Positions 29,970-39,028 of a DNA stretch of 64,000 bases are shown piece by piece. Position 1 is the stretch's first letter. Each line of letters begins with the position of its first letter. The stretch is from Acidimicrobiia bacterium (GTDB taxonomy: Bacteria > Actinomycetota > Acidimicrobiia > IMCC26256 > JBMOIJ01), in assembly GCA_049317385.1 (NCBI GenBank), contig JBMOIJ010000004.1, positions 45,591 to 109,590 on the forward strand. Reading direction: 5' to 3'. Both the position numbers and the translations under genes were made by a program. Below the pieces are notes generated by a model. It ran no database searches and had not been told where the DNA came from. It worked only from the letters and a program-made list of their open reading frames with translations.

Positions 29970-30815
29970 TCAGCTCGACAGGCTCGCAAGGAGCTCGGCC
30001 GTGCCGTTCTGAACGGCGGTGCCGAGCCGTTGCGCGTCGTCGGGGGTGAGCCCCGCGAGTGCAAGCCCGTGGCCGGCCGGCCAGTCGCGCGATTCGACTG
30101 CGTGATCCTCTGGCGGTCCCACGCAGAACGCCAGCTCTTCACCGGCGGCCAGTGCTCGCCGCAGCGGCGTCAGTTCGCCGGTACCGCCCGCGTGGTGTCG
30201 GGCAATGGCGTCCACGAACGGCTCGGGGAACTTCCATTCGGCAAGCACGCTTGCGGCAACCTCGGCGTGGTCGATGCCGAAGGTTGCGCGTTCCGCTTCG
30301 ATCAGGTCGACGTCACCGTTGATCACGCGTGTCACGAGCGCCCCGTAGGCCGAGGGTTCACAGCGGTACAAGAGCGCGCGCCCCACGTCGTGGAGGAGTC
30401 CCAACGTGAACGCCTCCGACGCGTTGGCGCCCACTTTCGGCGCTACCACTGAGGCCGCAACTGCAGCCGCAACCGAGTGCTCCCAGAACCCCATGGGCGT
30501 CGGCGCGCGATCGGCTCCAACGAGCCCGGTCGCCGTGCTCGCGGCCAGGGCGCGCGCCGTGCCGATCCCGATGACGGCTGCCGCTCGATTCGCACTTGCC
30601 ACCCGGTGGGTGAGCCCGTAGTAGGCGGAGTTCGCAAGCCGCATCACCTGCGCGCTCAACGACGGGTCGATCTCGATGAGTCGCCCCAGCGTCTCGGCTG
30701 ATGAGTTGGGGTCGTTTGCCGCCATGACGACTCGGAGCGCAACGGTCGGGCGCGTCGGTAGGGACTGCAACTCCGCCACCATGCGGTGGACCGAGACCGT
30801 CGTGGTCGTCACCAT
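29970..30815 (-). CDS. HDOD domain protein (stand-alone)
   Basis: SLPTRPTVALRVVMAANDPNSSAETLGRLIEIDPSLSAQVMRLANSAYYG is a typical HDOD N-terminus, followed by HD-like LLHDVG. There is a GGGAGAG RBS before ATG 30815. Confidence 0.8.
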   Translation of the reverse strand: MVTTTTVSVHRMVAELQSLPTRPTVALRVVMAANDPNSSAETLGRLIEIDPSLSAQVMRLANSAYYGLTHRVASANRAAAVIGIGTARALAASTATGLVGADRAPTPMGFWEHSVAAAVAASVVAPKVGANASEAFTLGLLHDVGRALLYRCEPSAYGALVTRVINGDVDLIEAERATFGIDHAEVAASVLAEWKFPEPFVDAIARHHAGGTGELTPLRRALAAGEELAFCVGPPEDHAVESRDWPAGHGLALAGLTPDDAQRLGTAVQNGTAELLASLSS

Positions 30816-30881
30816 TCGCTCTCCCTGCGGCGAAACCTCGGGGAGTTGTCGGCACATCGCGGCCCGAAAGTGAAGGGAAAT

Positions 30882-32114
30882 TCACTCCCCGCTTGGGGTG
30901 TTCGTCCGGATTCCCGATCGGTGCTGGCGCCAGCCCGCGGTCAGCAGCCCCAGGGCCAGGACGGCGGCCACGCTGCCCGAGATGATCAGCGGGAGCCGCC
31001 CGGTGCCATCCCAGGCCAGGCCGGCCCAGAGCCCGGCCACGAACACGGCGAGGCCGCTGCCGCCCTGGAACACGCCCTGCGCTTCCCCTTGTTGATCGGG
31101 GCCCACGAGCTTCGAGATCCATGCCTTGCCCACACCGTCGGTCAAGGCAGTGAACCCGCCGTAGACCAGGAACAGCACCCACACCCAACCCACACTCGTG
31201 ATCACGCCGAGACCAAAGTATGCGACCGCGAAGCACACGAGCCCGGTTCCCACCACCAGCGGCGGTGACAGTCGGTCGGAGATCGCGCCGGCGGGGTAAC
31301 TGAGCACTGTGTAGGACAAGTTGTAGGTGACGTACACGAGCACGATGCCGGGCAACTCGTAACCAAGTTCCTTTACGCGCAGCAGCAACAACGCGTCGGG
31401 AAAGTTCACGACGCCGAACGCGATTAACACCAGCGCGACCCGCCAGAACCGTTGGGGGAGCGGTGTGTGGTGCGGCGGATCGTTGGTCGCGTGTGGTGCT
31501 GCGTCGCTTTCTTCTGTGCGACGGGTCTCACGCACCGCGAACACGAGCGCAGTGCTCAGCACGGCGGGGATTGCCGCGAACCACAACACCGGTCGGATCT
31601 GCTGGTCCAGGAACTCGTAGGCCGCGAGACCGAGCAACGGTCCCACCACTGCGCCCGCAGTGTCGGCGGCGCGGTGGAAGCCGAACACGCGCCCCCGCGT
31701 GGTGGGGTCGCTGCCGTCGGCCAACAGCGCGTCGCGCGGCGCGCCGCGCACCCCTTTGCCGATGCGGTCGAGCACTCGGCCCGCGAGGACTACTGGCCAC
31801 ACCAACGCGGCCGCCACCACCACCTTGCCGACGGCGGCCAACCCGTACCCGAATGCGATGAACGGCCGCCGGCGGCGGCGATCGGACATGCGGCCCGCAA
31901 TGGGTTTCGACAGTGCCGCGGCGGCGTCGGCCGCGCCTTCGATGATGCCGACAACCGCAACCGGCGCACCGAGCGTGACCGTGAGGAAGATCGGCAGGAT
32001 CGGGTAGAGCAACTCGCTTGCGGCGTCTTGCAGGAAGCTGACCCCCGACAACGCCTTCAGGTTGTGGGTGAGCCACTGCGGGAGCTTCGATGCGCGCGCC
32101 GAAGGTTGCGTCAC
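30882..32114 (-). CDS. MFS transporter (12-TMS)
   Basis: 12 predicted TM segments and the motif GRMSDRRRRR. The GTG 32114 start overlaps the upstream stop (GTGA). Confidence 0.85.
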   Translation of the reverse strand: MTQPSARASKLPQWLTHNLKALSGVSFLQDAASELLYPILPIFLTVTLGAPVAVVGIIEGAADAAAALSKPIAGRMSDRRRRRPFIAFGYGLAAVGKVVVAAALVWPVVLAGRVLDRIGKGVRGAPRDALLADGSDPTTRGRVFGFHRAADTAGAVVGPLLGLAAYEFLDQQIRPVLWFAAIPAVLSTALVFAVRETRRTEESDAAPHATNDPPHHTPLPQRFWRVALVLIAFGVVNFPDALLLLRVKELGYELPGIVLVYVTYNLSYTVLSYPAGAISDRLSPPLVVGTGLVCFAVAYFGLGVITSVGWVWVLFLVYGGFTALTDGVGKAWISKLVGPDQQGEAQGVFQGGSGLAVFVAGLWAGLAWDGTGRLPLIISGSVAAVLALGLLTAGWRQHRSGIRTNTPSGE

Positions 32115-32935
32115 GCCGTGCTGCGGTCGAACAACGCGCGCGCCGTGCCGCCCAGGAATCGCTCCATCGCGTCGTCGTCGAGCGGCAGCTCCTTGGCCTC
32201 GGCCAGAGAGCGGGCTTGTGGGAACCACGGGTCGTCGCTGCCCCACAACACGCGTCCGCGATATGCGTTCGTGTTCATGAACTTCACCAAGTTGGGATCC
32301 ATGTACTTAGGGGCATACGCAGTGCAGCTCACGTAGAGCTGCGGCCACTTGCGCATGTAGTTCATGAGGAGCTCTTCGTAGGGATGGCCCATGTGCGCAA
32401 CCACCACCGTGAGTCGTGGGAAATCGATGAGCACGTCTTCGAGCAGATCGGGATGCTGCACCCGCGAGCGCACCTGGGGCCCCGGGATGCCGGCGTTGAT
32501 GGCCACCGGCAGACCGAGTTCTTCGCACACCGAGTACACGGGGTAGTGCTGCGGGTGGTTGATGGGGACCTGAGTTGCGAGCGGCATGACGCGCACCATG
32601 GCCGCCCGCGAGTGTTGCGCGAATTCGCGGATGCGGACTGCGTTCTTCGTGGGCTTGTGGGGCTGCACCACGCCGATAGCCACCAGGAATCGCCCCGGGT
32701 GTGCGTCGGAAATGGCCAACGCCTGCTCGACTCCGTCGCCGATGAGTCCGGGGGTGAGGATGCCGGTGGCCACGCCGTTCGCATCCATGCGGCGCAGGAC
32801 TTCGTCGACCGCCACGCCACCCGTACCGTCGCTGCCCAGATAATCGGGGATGGACTCGTACCCCTCTTGGCCCAAGAACTGCTCGGCAGATTTCGGGGTG
32901 ACGATGTTGACCCAGATGTCGACGATGTCGGTCAT
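32111..32935 (-). CDS. amidohydrolase family 2 (ACMSD-like) protein
   Basis: 275 aa beginning MTDIVDIWVN, with a metal-dependent hydrolase pattern (VVAHMGHP, WGSDDP). The longer track ORF start was rejected. Confidence 0.85.
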   Translation of the reverse strand: MTDIVDIWVNIVTPKSAEQFLGQEGYESIPDYLGSDGTGGVAVDEVLRRMDANGVATGILTPGLIGDGVEQALAISDAHPGRFLVAIGVVQPHKPTKNAVRIREFAQHSRAAMVRVMPLATQVPINHPQHYPVYSVCEELGLPVAINAGIPGPQVRSRVQHPDLLEDVLIDFPRLTVVVAHMGHPYEELLMNYMRKWPQLYVSCTAYAPKYMDPNLVKFMNTNAYRGRVLWGSDDPWFPQARSLAEAKELPLDDDAMERFLGGTARALFDRSTA

Positions 32936-32974
32936 GGGTCGGGACGGTAACGTCAGCGGTTGCGGAGGACAAGC

Positions 32975-34171
32975 ATGACGATCGTCGACGACCGCTACAC
33001 GATCATCTCGGCCGACTGCCACGCCGGCGCGTCCATCGAGACGTACGGCGAGTACCTCGACCCGGCCTACCGCGAAGCATTCGCGGAATGGCGCGGCGCG
33101 TACGTCAACCCGTTCCGTGACCTGCAGGGCGACTCGCGGACCCGTAACTGGGACGACGACCGTCGTATCGCCGACCTCGAAGCCGATGGGCAAGTGGGCG
33201 AGGTCGCGTTCCCCAATACCGTGCCACCGTTCTTCCCCACGGGCGCGTTGGTGGCGCGTCCACCGACGCGCGAAGACCTCGATGCACGTTGGGCCGGGTT
33301 GCACGCGCACAACCGGTGGTTGGTCGATTGGTGCGCCGGACAATCAGCGCGGCGGGCCGGCATTGCGCAGGTGTTCTTGAACGACCCGCAACGCGCGGTG
33401 CAGGAAGCCGAGTGGGTGAGTGAGCAGGGTCTGCGCGGCGGCATTCTCATCCCGGAACCGCCCGACGACACCGACATCGAACCGCTGTACTCGCCGGTCT
33501 ATGACGATCTGTGGCAGGTCTGCGAGGAACGCAAGATCGTCGTCAACCATCACGGTGGCACGGGGCATCCCGACTACGGCCCGTACCCGGCGGCGCCCAT
33601 GATGTGGGTGGCCGAAACCGCGTGGTACTCGCACCGCGTGTTGTGGCAGCTCCTCATGAGTGGGGTGTTCGAGCGGTTCCCGAAGCTCAAGTTCGTGCTC
33701 ACCGAAACCGGATGCAGTTGGATCCGGCCCACCCTTGCGCAGCTCGACATGTTCCATCACCAGGGCAAACTCACCGGCCGCGCCGGTGAGTTCAAACTCA
33801 ACGCAGATGCGATGCTCGAGCTGACACCCAGCGAGTACTTCCAACGCAACATCTGGGTCGGGGTGAGTTTCCCGAGCCCGTACGAAGCGAAGGCCATGCG
33901 CAAGCTCGGGCTGCACAAGGTGATGTGGGGGAGCGACTACCCGCACTTCGAGGGCACCACCCCGCATTCGCGCGAGTCGTTGCAGCGCTCGTTCCACGAA
34001 TGGACGCCCGAGGAACTCGACCAGGTCTTCTGCGGGAACGTGAGTGAGGTCTACGGCTTCGAACCGGCGGCGTTGGCCGATCGAGTGGCCGAATGTGGCT
34101 TCACGGTCGACGAGCTGAGCCAGCCGCTCGAAACCGTGCCGCACGGGGCGCGGAGTCCCGCGTTCTACTGA
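32975..34171 (+). CDS. amidohydrolase family 2 (ACMSD-like decarboxylase/hydrolase) protein
   Basis: IISADCHAG N-terminal metal site, HHGGTGHP, and WGSDYPHFEG. There is a GGAGGA RBS before ATG 32975. It is divergent from the paralogue, 39 bp away. Confidence 0.85.
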   Translation: MTIVDDRYTIISADCHAGASIETYGEYLDPAYREAFAEWRGAYVNPFRDLQGDSRTRNWDDDRRIADLEADGQVGEVAFPNTVPPFFPTGALVARPPTREDLDARWAGLHAHNRWLVDWCAGQSARRAGIAQVFLNDPQRAVQEAEWVSEQGLRGGILIPEPPDDTDIEPLYSPVYDDLWQVCEERKIVVNHHGGTGHPDYGPYPAAPMMWVAETAWYSHRVLWQLLMSGVFERFPKLKFVLTETGCSWIRPTLAQLDMFHHQGKLTGRAGEFKLNADAMLELTPSEYFQRNIWVGVSFPSPYEAKAMRKLGLHKVMWGSDYPHFEGTTPHSRESLQRSFHEWTPEELDQVFCGNVSEVYGFEPAALADRVAECGFTVDELSQPLETVPHGARSPAFY

Positions 34172-34257
34172 GTTCGCCACATTTCGCTGGATCCCAGCGC
34201 GTCTTCGGTCGATGAAAAAGGTCCTACGATTTGTGGGGGACCCTGTGGAGAGCGGCG

Positions 34258-35403
34258 ATGACGGTGACCATGACCGAACGCCCCGACGAACCGGCACCTC
34301 CCGGTTCCGGCGCGCCTTCGCTCTCGCACCCACTCGTGGTGGTCGCCGCAGCTGCTTCGGGCGCAGCCGGGTTGGTGCACGGTGCCGCGGCGGGAACTCA
34401 CCAGGGCGACACCACCCTCGTTCGGCTGTTTGCGTTCGCGGCGTTGGTGCAGATCGCTTGGGCCGTATGGGCGGTGGCGCGTCCCTCGCGCTCGGTCATG
34501 TTCTGGGGCGCGGCCATCAACGCAGCAATGGTGCTCGCCTGGGCGGCGTCGCGAACGTTCGGCCTGCCGCTCGTCGACGCGCTGAGTGAGGTCGAACCTG
34601 TTGGCACCCAAGACCTGTTGTGCGCGGTGCTCGGCGCGGGCGCGGCCTTGTTTGCAGGTGCAGCCGCGTTGGGGCTCCGACTGCCCCGTTGGTCGTTCAT
34701 GATGCCGGTCGCATTGCTCAGTGTGACGGCGTTGGCCTTTTTCGGCGCGGTGGCGCCCCATCAGCACTCGCACAGTCACGACCATGCGCACAGCGATGCG
34801 GCGGCGGCCAGCGACGGGCACACGCATTCACACGGCTCGGCGATGAGTACTGATCCGATCGTTTCGATCTCCGATCCGCGGCTCACGGCCACGCAGCGCG
34901 CCGCAGCGCAGAAGTTGCTCGACGAATCGCGGGCGGCGTTGCGGAAGTTCCCCGACCAATCGAGCATCGAAGCGGCCGGGTACCGATCGATTGGTGATTC
35001 GGTCACGGGCTTCGAGCACTTCGTGAATCCGCAGTACCTGGTGAACGCCGACGAACTCGACCCGAACCAGATCGAGTCGATCGTGATGCAGGTGAACCCT
35101 GACGGCACGAAGACCACGGCGTCGGCCATGTACATCCTTGCCCGAGGTAAGACGATGGCGGACGTGCCCGAGATCGCCGGGTCGCTCACCACCTTCCACG
35201 ACCATCAGAACCTGTGTTGGGATCCGAGCGGGTTGCGGGTGGTCGGGGTGGTCAATGCGAGCGGCCAGTGCTCCCGGGGGGTCTTCCGGCCGACGGCACC
35301 GATGCTCCACGTGTGGGCCACCGACACGCCGTGTGGGCCGTTCTCGGGGATCGAGGGCCACGGTGGCGACTGCAAGGCACACTCCCACGGCCCGGTGAAC
35401 TGA
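34258..35403 (+). CDS. membrane protein with a His-rich linker and a Cys/His-containing ectodomain (hypothetical)
   Basis: Four or five TM helices, then HQHSHSHDHAHSD...GHTHSHG, then a ~200-aa soluble domain ending GHGGDCKAHSHG. There is a GGAGAG RBS before ATG 34258. Confidence 0.7.
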   Translation: MTVTMTERPDEPAPPGSGAPSLSHPLVVVAAAASGAAGLVHGAAAGTHQGDTTLVRLFAFAALVQIAWAVWAVARPSRSVMFWGAAINAAMVLAWAASRTFGLPLVDALSEVEPVGTQDLLCAVLGAGAALFAGAAALGLRLPRWSFMMPVALLSVTALAFFGAVAPHQHSHSHDHAHSDAAAASDGHTHSHGSAMSTDPIVSISDPRLTATQRAAAQKLLDESRAALRKFPDQSSIEAAGYRSIGDSVTGFEHFVNPQYLVNADELDPNQIESIVMQVNPDGTKTTASAMYILARGKTMADVPEIAGSLTTFHDHQNLCWDPSGLRVVGVVNASGQCSRGVFRPTAPMLHVWATDTPCGPFSGIEGHGGDCKAHSHGPVN

Positions 35404-35431
35404 GCCTCCCGGCCCGGTGAACTGAGCCCCC
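35388..35431. repeat. 22-bp tandem duplication spanning a stop codon
   Basis: cggcccggtgaactgagcctcc followed by cggcccggtgaactgagccccc, 21/22 identical. The first copy contains the TGA stop (35401-35403) of the preceding gene. Confidence 0.85.
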
Positions 35432-35502
35432 GCGGCCTGCCCAACGTGTCACAGGTCACGCGCCGGCGGGCTTGCGCGCCCGCCGCCCCTCTGCATACTG
35501 AA

Positions 35503-35517
35503 ACGAAACCGTTTCGT
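35503..35517. promoter_or_regulatory. candidate TetR operator palindrome
   Basis: acgaaac-c-gtttcgt (7-1-7 perfect), flanked by atac/gtat. It lies 32 nt upstream of the MFS-TetR operon start in a locally AT-richer stretch. Confidence 0.4.
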
Positions 35518-35548
35518 ATTGCTGGTCCCCCCGACCATGGGAGTTTCC

Positions 35549-37210
35549 ATGACCGCCACCGAGCCCGACGCGGCTTGCGGCCCCCTCGCCGCCACTGGCA
35601 TCCCTGAGGGCGTCGACCCCGAGGTCCACCGCCGCCGTTGGACCACCCTCGCGGTGCTCTGTCTCAGCCTCATCATCATCGTGATGGACAACTCCATCTT
35701 GAACGTGGCGATCCCGTCGCTCGTGAAGGAGTTGGGCGCCACCACCAGTCAGCTGCAGTGGATCGTCGACGCGTACGTGTTGGTCTTCGCCGGTTTCTTG
35801 CTCACCGCCGGCACCATCGGCGACCGCTTCGGCCGCAAGGGCGCGTTGAGTTTCGGGCTCGTGATGTTCGCCTGCGGTTCGGTGGCCGCCGCGCTCTCGA
35901 GTTCGGCGAACCAGCTGATCGTGATGCGCGGGTTCATGGGCTTCGGTGCCGCGTTCATCATGCCGGCCACGCTCTCGATTCTCACCAACGTGTTCCGTGA
36001 TCCGAAGGAACGCGCGCAAGCCATTGCGATCTGGGCCGCGTTCGCCGGTGTCGGTGGCGTCATCGGCCCGATCGCTGGTGGCACGTTGTTGGCGCACTTC
36101 TCGTGGAGCTCGGTGTTCTGGATCAACCTTCCGGTCATTGCGATCGCGTTGGTGGTGGGTCGTTTCTTCGTGCCGACTTCGCGTGACGAGCATGCGCCGC
36201 GCATCGACTCTGTGGGCGCCGTGCTCTCGATCGCGGCCCTCATCACCATGCTCTACGCCATCATCGAGGCGCCGGGGCGCGGCTGGACGGCGCCCTTGAC
36301 GTTGGCGTCGTTCGTGGTTGGCAGCATCTTGGTTGCGGCGTTCGTGGCGTGGGAACTGCGGACCGAACACCCCATGCTCGACATCCGGTTCTTCAAGAGC
36401 CGTCGGTTCAGCGGTGGCAACCTCGCCATCACGCTCACGTTCTTCGCGATGTTCGGTTCGCTGTTCCTGCTCACGCAGTTCTTGCAGTTCGTCCTCGGGT
36501 ACTCGCCCCTTGAAGTGGGAATCAAGATGATCCCGATTGCCGTCACGATGTTCATCGTGGCGCCGCTCTCGGCGAAGGTCGTCGAGCGCATCGGCACCAC
36601 CGTGGTGGTGGTCACGGGCCTGGTGCTCGTGGCGGCCGGGCTCTTCGCGATGTCCACCATGTACGTGGGGATGCCGTACCTCGCGATCGTGCCCCGGCTG
36701 GTGTTGCTCGCGGCCGGCATGGGGTTGGTCATGGCGCCGGCGACCGAAGCGGTCATGGGGTCGTTGCCACCCGAGAAGGCCGGCATCGGTTCCGCCGTGA
36801 ACGACACCACGCGGGAAGTTGGTGGCGCACTGGGCGTTGCGGTCGTCGGTTCGTTGGCGGCGAGCTCGTACGTCAACGCCCTCGGACCGCTCCTCGCCAA
36901 GGTGCGCCTCGGCGGCCCCGAGGGGGAGCAGGCCGCGAAGTACATCACCGAAGGGTTGGGTCAGGCCCTGGCGGTGGCACAGCGAGCGGGCGACTTCGGG
37001 GCGGTCATCAAGGCCGATGCCGTGAGTGCGTTCACCGACTCCATGACGTCGGGCATGCGCATCGGCGCGGTGGTCACGTTGGCGGCCGCAGTGTTGGTGG
37101 CGCTGCTCCTGCCGAGCCGCGCGCACGACTACGAGGAGCCGTCGGATTCGATCGAACTCGACCTCGACGACCGGGCCGAAAACGACGAGTCGAGCCGTGC
37201 CGGTCGCTGA
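35549..37210 (+). CDS. MFS transporter, DHA2 (EmrB/QacA, 14-TMS) type
   Basis: MDNSILNVAIPSL motif, GTIGDRFGRK, and about 14 TM segments. The start is ATG 35549 (or 35537). Confidence 0.9.
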   Translation: MTATEPDAACGPLAATGIPEGVDPEVHRRRWTTLAVLCLSLIIIVMDNSILNVAIPSLVKELGATTSQLQWIVDAYVLVFAGFLLTAGTIGDRFGRKGALSFGLVMFACGSVAAALSSSANQLIVMRGFMGFGAAFIMPATLSILTNVFRDPKERAQAIAIWAAFAGVGGVIGPIAGGTLLAHFSWSSVFWINLPVIAIALVVGRFFVPTSRDEHAPRIDSVGAVLSIAALITMLYAIIEAPGRGWTAPLTLASFVVGSILVAAFVAWELRTEHPMLDIRFFKSRRFSGGNLAITLTFFAMFGSLFLLTQFLQFVLGYSPLEVGIKMIPIAVTMFIVAPLSAKVVERIGTTVVVVTGLVLVAAGLFAMSTMYVGMPYLAIVPRLVLLAAGMGLVMAPATEAVMGSLPPEKAGIGSAVNDTTREVGGALGVAVVGSLAASSYVNALGPLLAKVRLGGPEGEQAAKYITEGLGQALAVAQRAGDFGAVIKADAVSAFTDSMTSGMRIGAVVTLAAAVLVALLLPSRAHDYEEPSDSIELDLDDRAENDESSRAGR

Positions 37211-37829
37211 CGGTTCCACTGCGTCCGACGCAACTGCAATGCGCCGACCTGGTCGACCCCGCGATGCGCATGCCGATGAGGCGATTCTCGACGCTGCGCT
37301 CGCCGAGGTCACCGAACACGGGTGGGGCCGCACATGCATCGACTCGGTGGCGGCCCGGGCAGGCGTGAGCAAGGCCACCATCTACCGGCGCTGGCCCTCG
37401 AAGGAACGGTTGGTGTTCGACGCAATGTTGCGCGTCTCCGAACCCATCTTCGAACCGGCCGACACCGGGTCGCTGCGCGGCGACCTCATCGACCAGCTCG
37501 GACGGGTCGCCGAACTCGTGAATCAGCCCCCGGGCTGTGATCTGCTGCCACAGCTGCTGGCCGCGGCGCGGGTCGACCCCGAACTGCGCGAGCTTCATGA
37601 GCGCGCGTCGGCCCATCGGCGCCAGTTGGTGCGCGTGGCGTTCGTCCGCGCCATCGAGCGGGGTGAACTCGACGCCACCGTCGACGTCGACACGCTCATC
37701 GACCTGCTCGCCGGGCCGGTGTTCTTCCGGACGTTGTTCGGGCCGGGGTCTCCCGATCCCGAGTTCGTGCGAGTCACGGTCGATTCCGTGCTGGCGGCAG
37801 TGGGCGCGAGAGTCGTCACCGGCGCGTAG
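37197..37829 (+). CDS. TetR family transcriptional regulator
   Basis: HTH region SVAARAGVSKATIYRRWPSKERLV. It overlaps the MFS 3' end by 14 nt. Confidence 0.9.
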   Translation: MPVADGSTASDATAMRRPGRPRDAHADEAILDAALAEVTEHGWGRTCIDSVAARAGVSKATIYRRWPSKERLVFDAMLRVSEPIFEPADTGSLRGDLIDQLGRVAELVNQPPGCDLLPQLLAAARVDPELRELHERASAHRRQLVRVAFVRAIERGELDATVDVDTLIDLLAGPVFFRTLFGPGSPDPEFVRVTVDSVLAAVGARVVTGA

Positions 37830-37838
37830 GGTCGCGCC

Positions 37839-38924
37839 ATGCGCGCTTCCCTTCTTCGAGCAGCCAAGGCCGAGTCCACCGTCGAAGACGTCGAGCTGAA
37901 TCCGCCGGGTCCGGGCGAGGTGCGCGTGCGCATCGAAGCGACTGGTGTGTGTCACTCCGATCTGTCCATTCAGAACGGCAACATTCCGGGATTCTTCCCC
38001 ACGGTGCTCGGCCACGAAGGCGCGGGCGTCATCAGCGAAGTCGGTGACGGTGTCACGAATGTGGCCGTCGGTGATCACGTGATCATTGCGTGGATCCAGC
38101 CGTGTCGTGAGTGCTGGTTCTGCTTGCACGGCCGCGCGGCAAACTGTGTGAAGTCCACGGCGCGCGCGATCAGTGGTGCGTACGGCGCCTGCAACGGCGA
38201 GGCTGTCTATCCCGGCATGGGAACGGCCACATTCGCAGAGGAAACTGTCGTGCCGGCGCCGATGGCAGTGAAGATCAATCCCGAGTTCGACTTGCGGCTC
38301 GGCGCGCTCATCGGGTGCGGCGTCGCCACCGGCGTGGGGGCTGTGCGCAACGCGGCGCGGGTGCAGTCCGGCGAGAGCACCGTGGTCGTCGGGTGTGGTG
38401 GCGTGGGACTCGCAGCCATTCAGGGCGCACGCCTGGCCGGAGCCGCTCCGCTCGTTGCAATCGACGTGGTTCCCGCGAAACTCGAAATGGCGCGCCAAGC
38501 TGGCGCCACCGATGTCATCGATGCTCGCGACTCCGACGTGGCCAAAGCGGTACGCAAGCTCACCGGTGGGCGTGGCGCCGACCAGGTGCTCGAGGTGGTG
38601 GGGTCGTCGGCCACCATTCGTCAGGCATACGACCTCGCCCGTGTGGGTGGAACCGTCACCGTCGTGGGGGCCGGCCGCTTCGACGATCCGGTGCAGTTCA
38701 ACGCCATGGAACTCATGCTCGGCTCCAAACGGCTGCAGGGCACTGTCTATGGCGACACCGACCCCGCCCGCGACTTTCCCGAGCTGGTCGATCTCAGTCT
38801 GCGGGGCCTCCTCGATCTCGAGATGTTGGTGAGCCGCACTGGCACGCTCGCCGACATCGATGCCGCCTACGAGGCCATGCGCAACGGCGAGGTGGCGCGC
38901 ACCGTGGTGTTGCCGCACGCCTGA
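37839..38924 (+). CDS. zinc-dependent alcohol dehydrogenase, class III / mycothiol-formaldehyde-dehydrogenase-like
   Basis: GVCHSD...GHEGAGVISEVG Zn site, a structural-Zn Cys cluster (CRECWFCLHGRAANC), and GCGGVG NAD motif. It starts 10 nt after the TetR stop. Confidence 0.9.
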   Translation: MRASLLRAAKAESTVEDVELNPPGPGEVRVRIEATGVCHSDLSIQNGNIPGFFPTVLGHEGAGVISEVGDGVTNVAVGDHVIIAWIQPCRECWFCLHGRAANCVKSTARAISGAYGACNGEAVYPGMGTATFAEETVVPAPMAVKINPEFDLRLGALIGCGVATGVGAVRNAARVQSGESTVVVGCGGVGLAAIQGARLAGAAPLVAIDVVPAKLEMARQAGATDVIDARDSDVAKAVRKLTGGRGADQVLEVVGSSATIRQAYDLARVGGTVTVVGAGRFDDPVQFNAMELMLGSKRLQGTVYGDTDPARDFPELVDLSLRGLLDLEMLVSRTGTLADIDAAYEAMRNGEVARTVVLPHA

Positions 38925-38958
38925 CGGGCTCCGCGCACCTCCCGGAACTCGGGCCACG

Positions 38959-39005
38959 GGGAACGAGAGCGTTCCCGAACCCCTCTCCGGGTGACTACGG
39001 TCACC
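38959..39005. promoter_or_regulatory. two small hairpins/palindromes between ADH and P450
   Basis: gggaacg-agag-cgttccc at 38959-38976, and ggtgac-tacg-gtcacc at 38990-39005, 24 nt before the P450 ATG. Whether they act as terminator, attenuator or operator is not resolved. Confidence 0.3.
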
Positions 39006-39028
39006 GGCACCCGCTCGCAGGAGTAGTG

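Noticed and set aside
35456-37381. 641-aa minus-strand ORF
   Set aside because: It is antisense to the well-supported DHA2 MFS gene. Its composition (R, H, E, D, G runs) is not protein-like.
38111-39028. N-terminal 306 codons of the 703-aa track ORF that ends as the P450
   Set aside because: This part overlaps the ADH gene in another frame and translates to an R/G/A-rich sequence. The P450 homology begins at MTEPTD (ATG 39029), which has an upstream GGAG.
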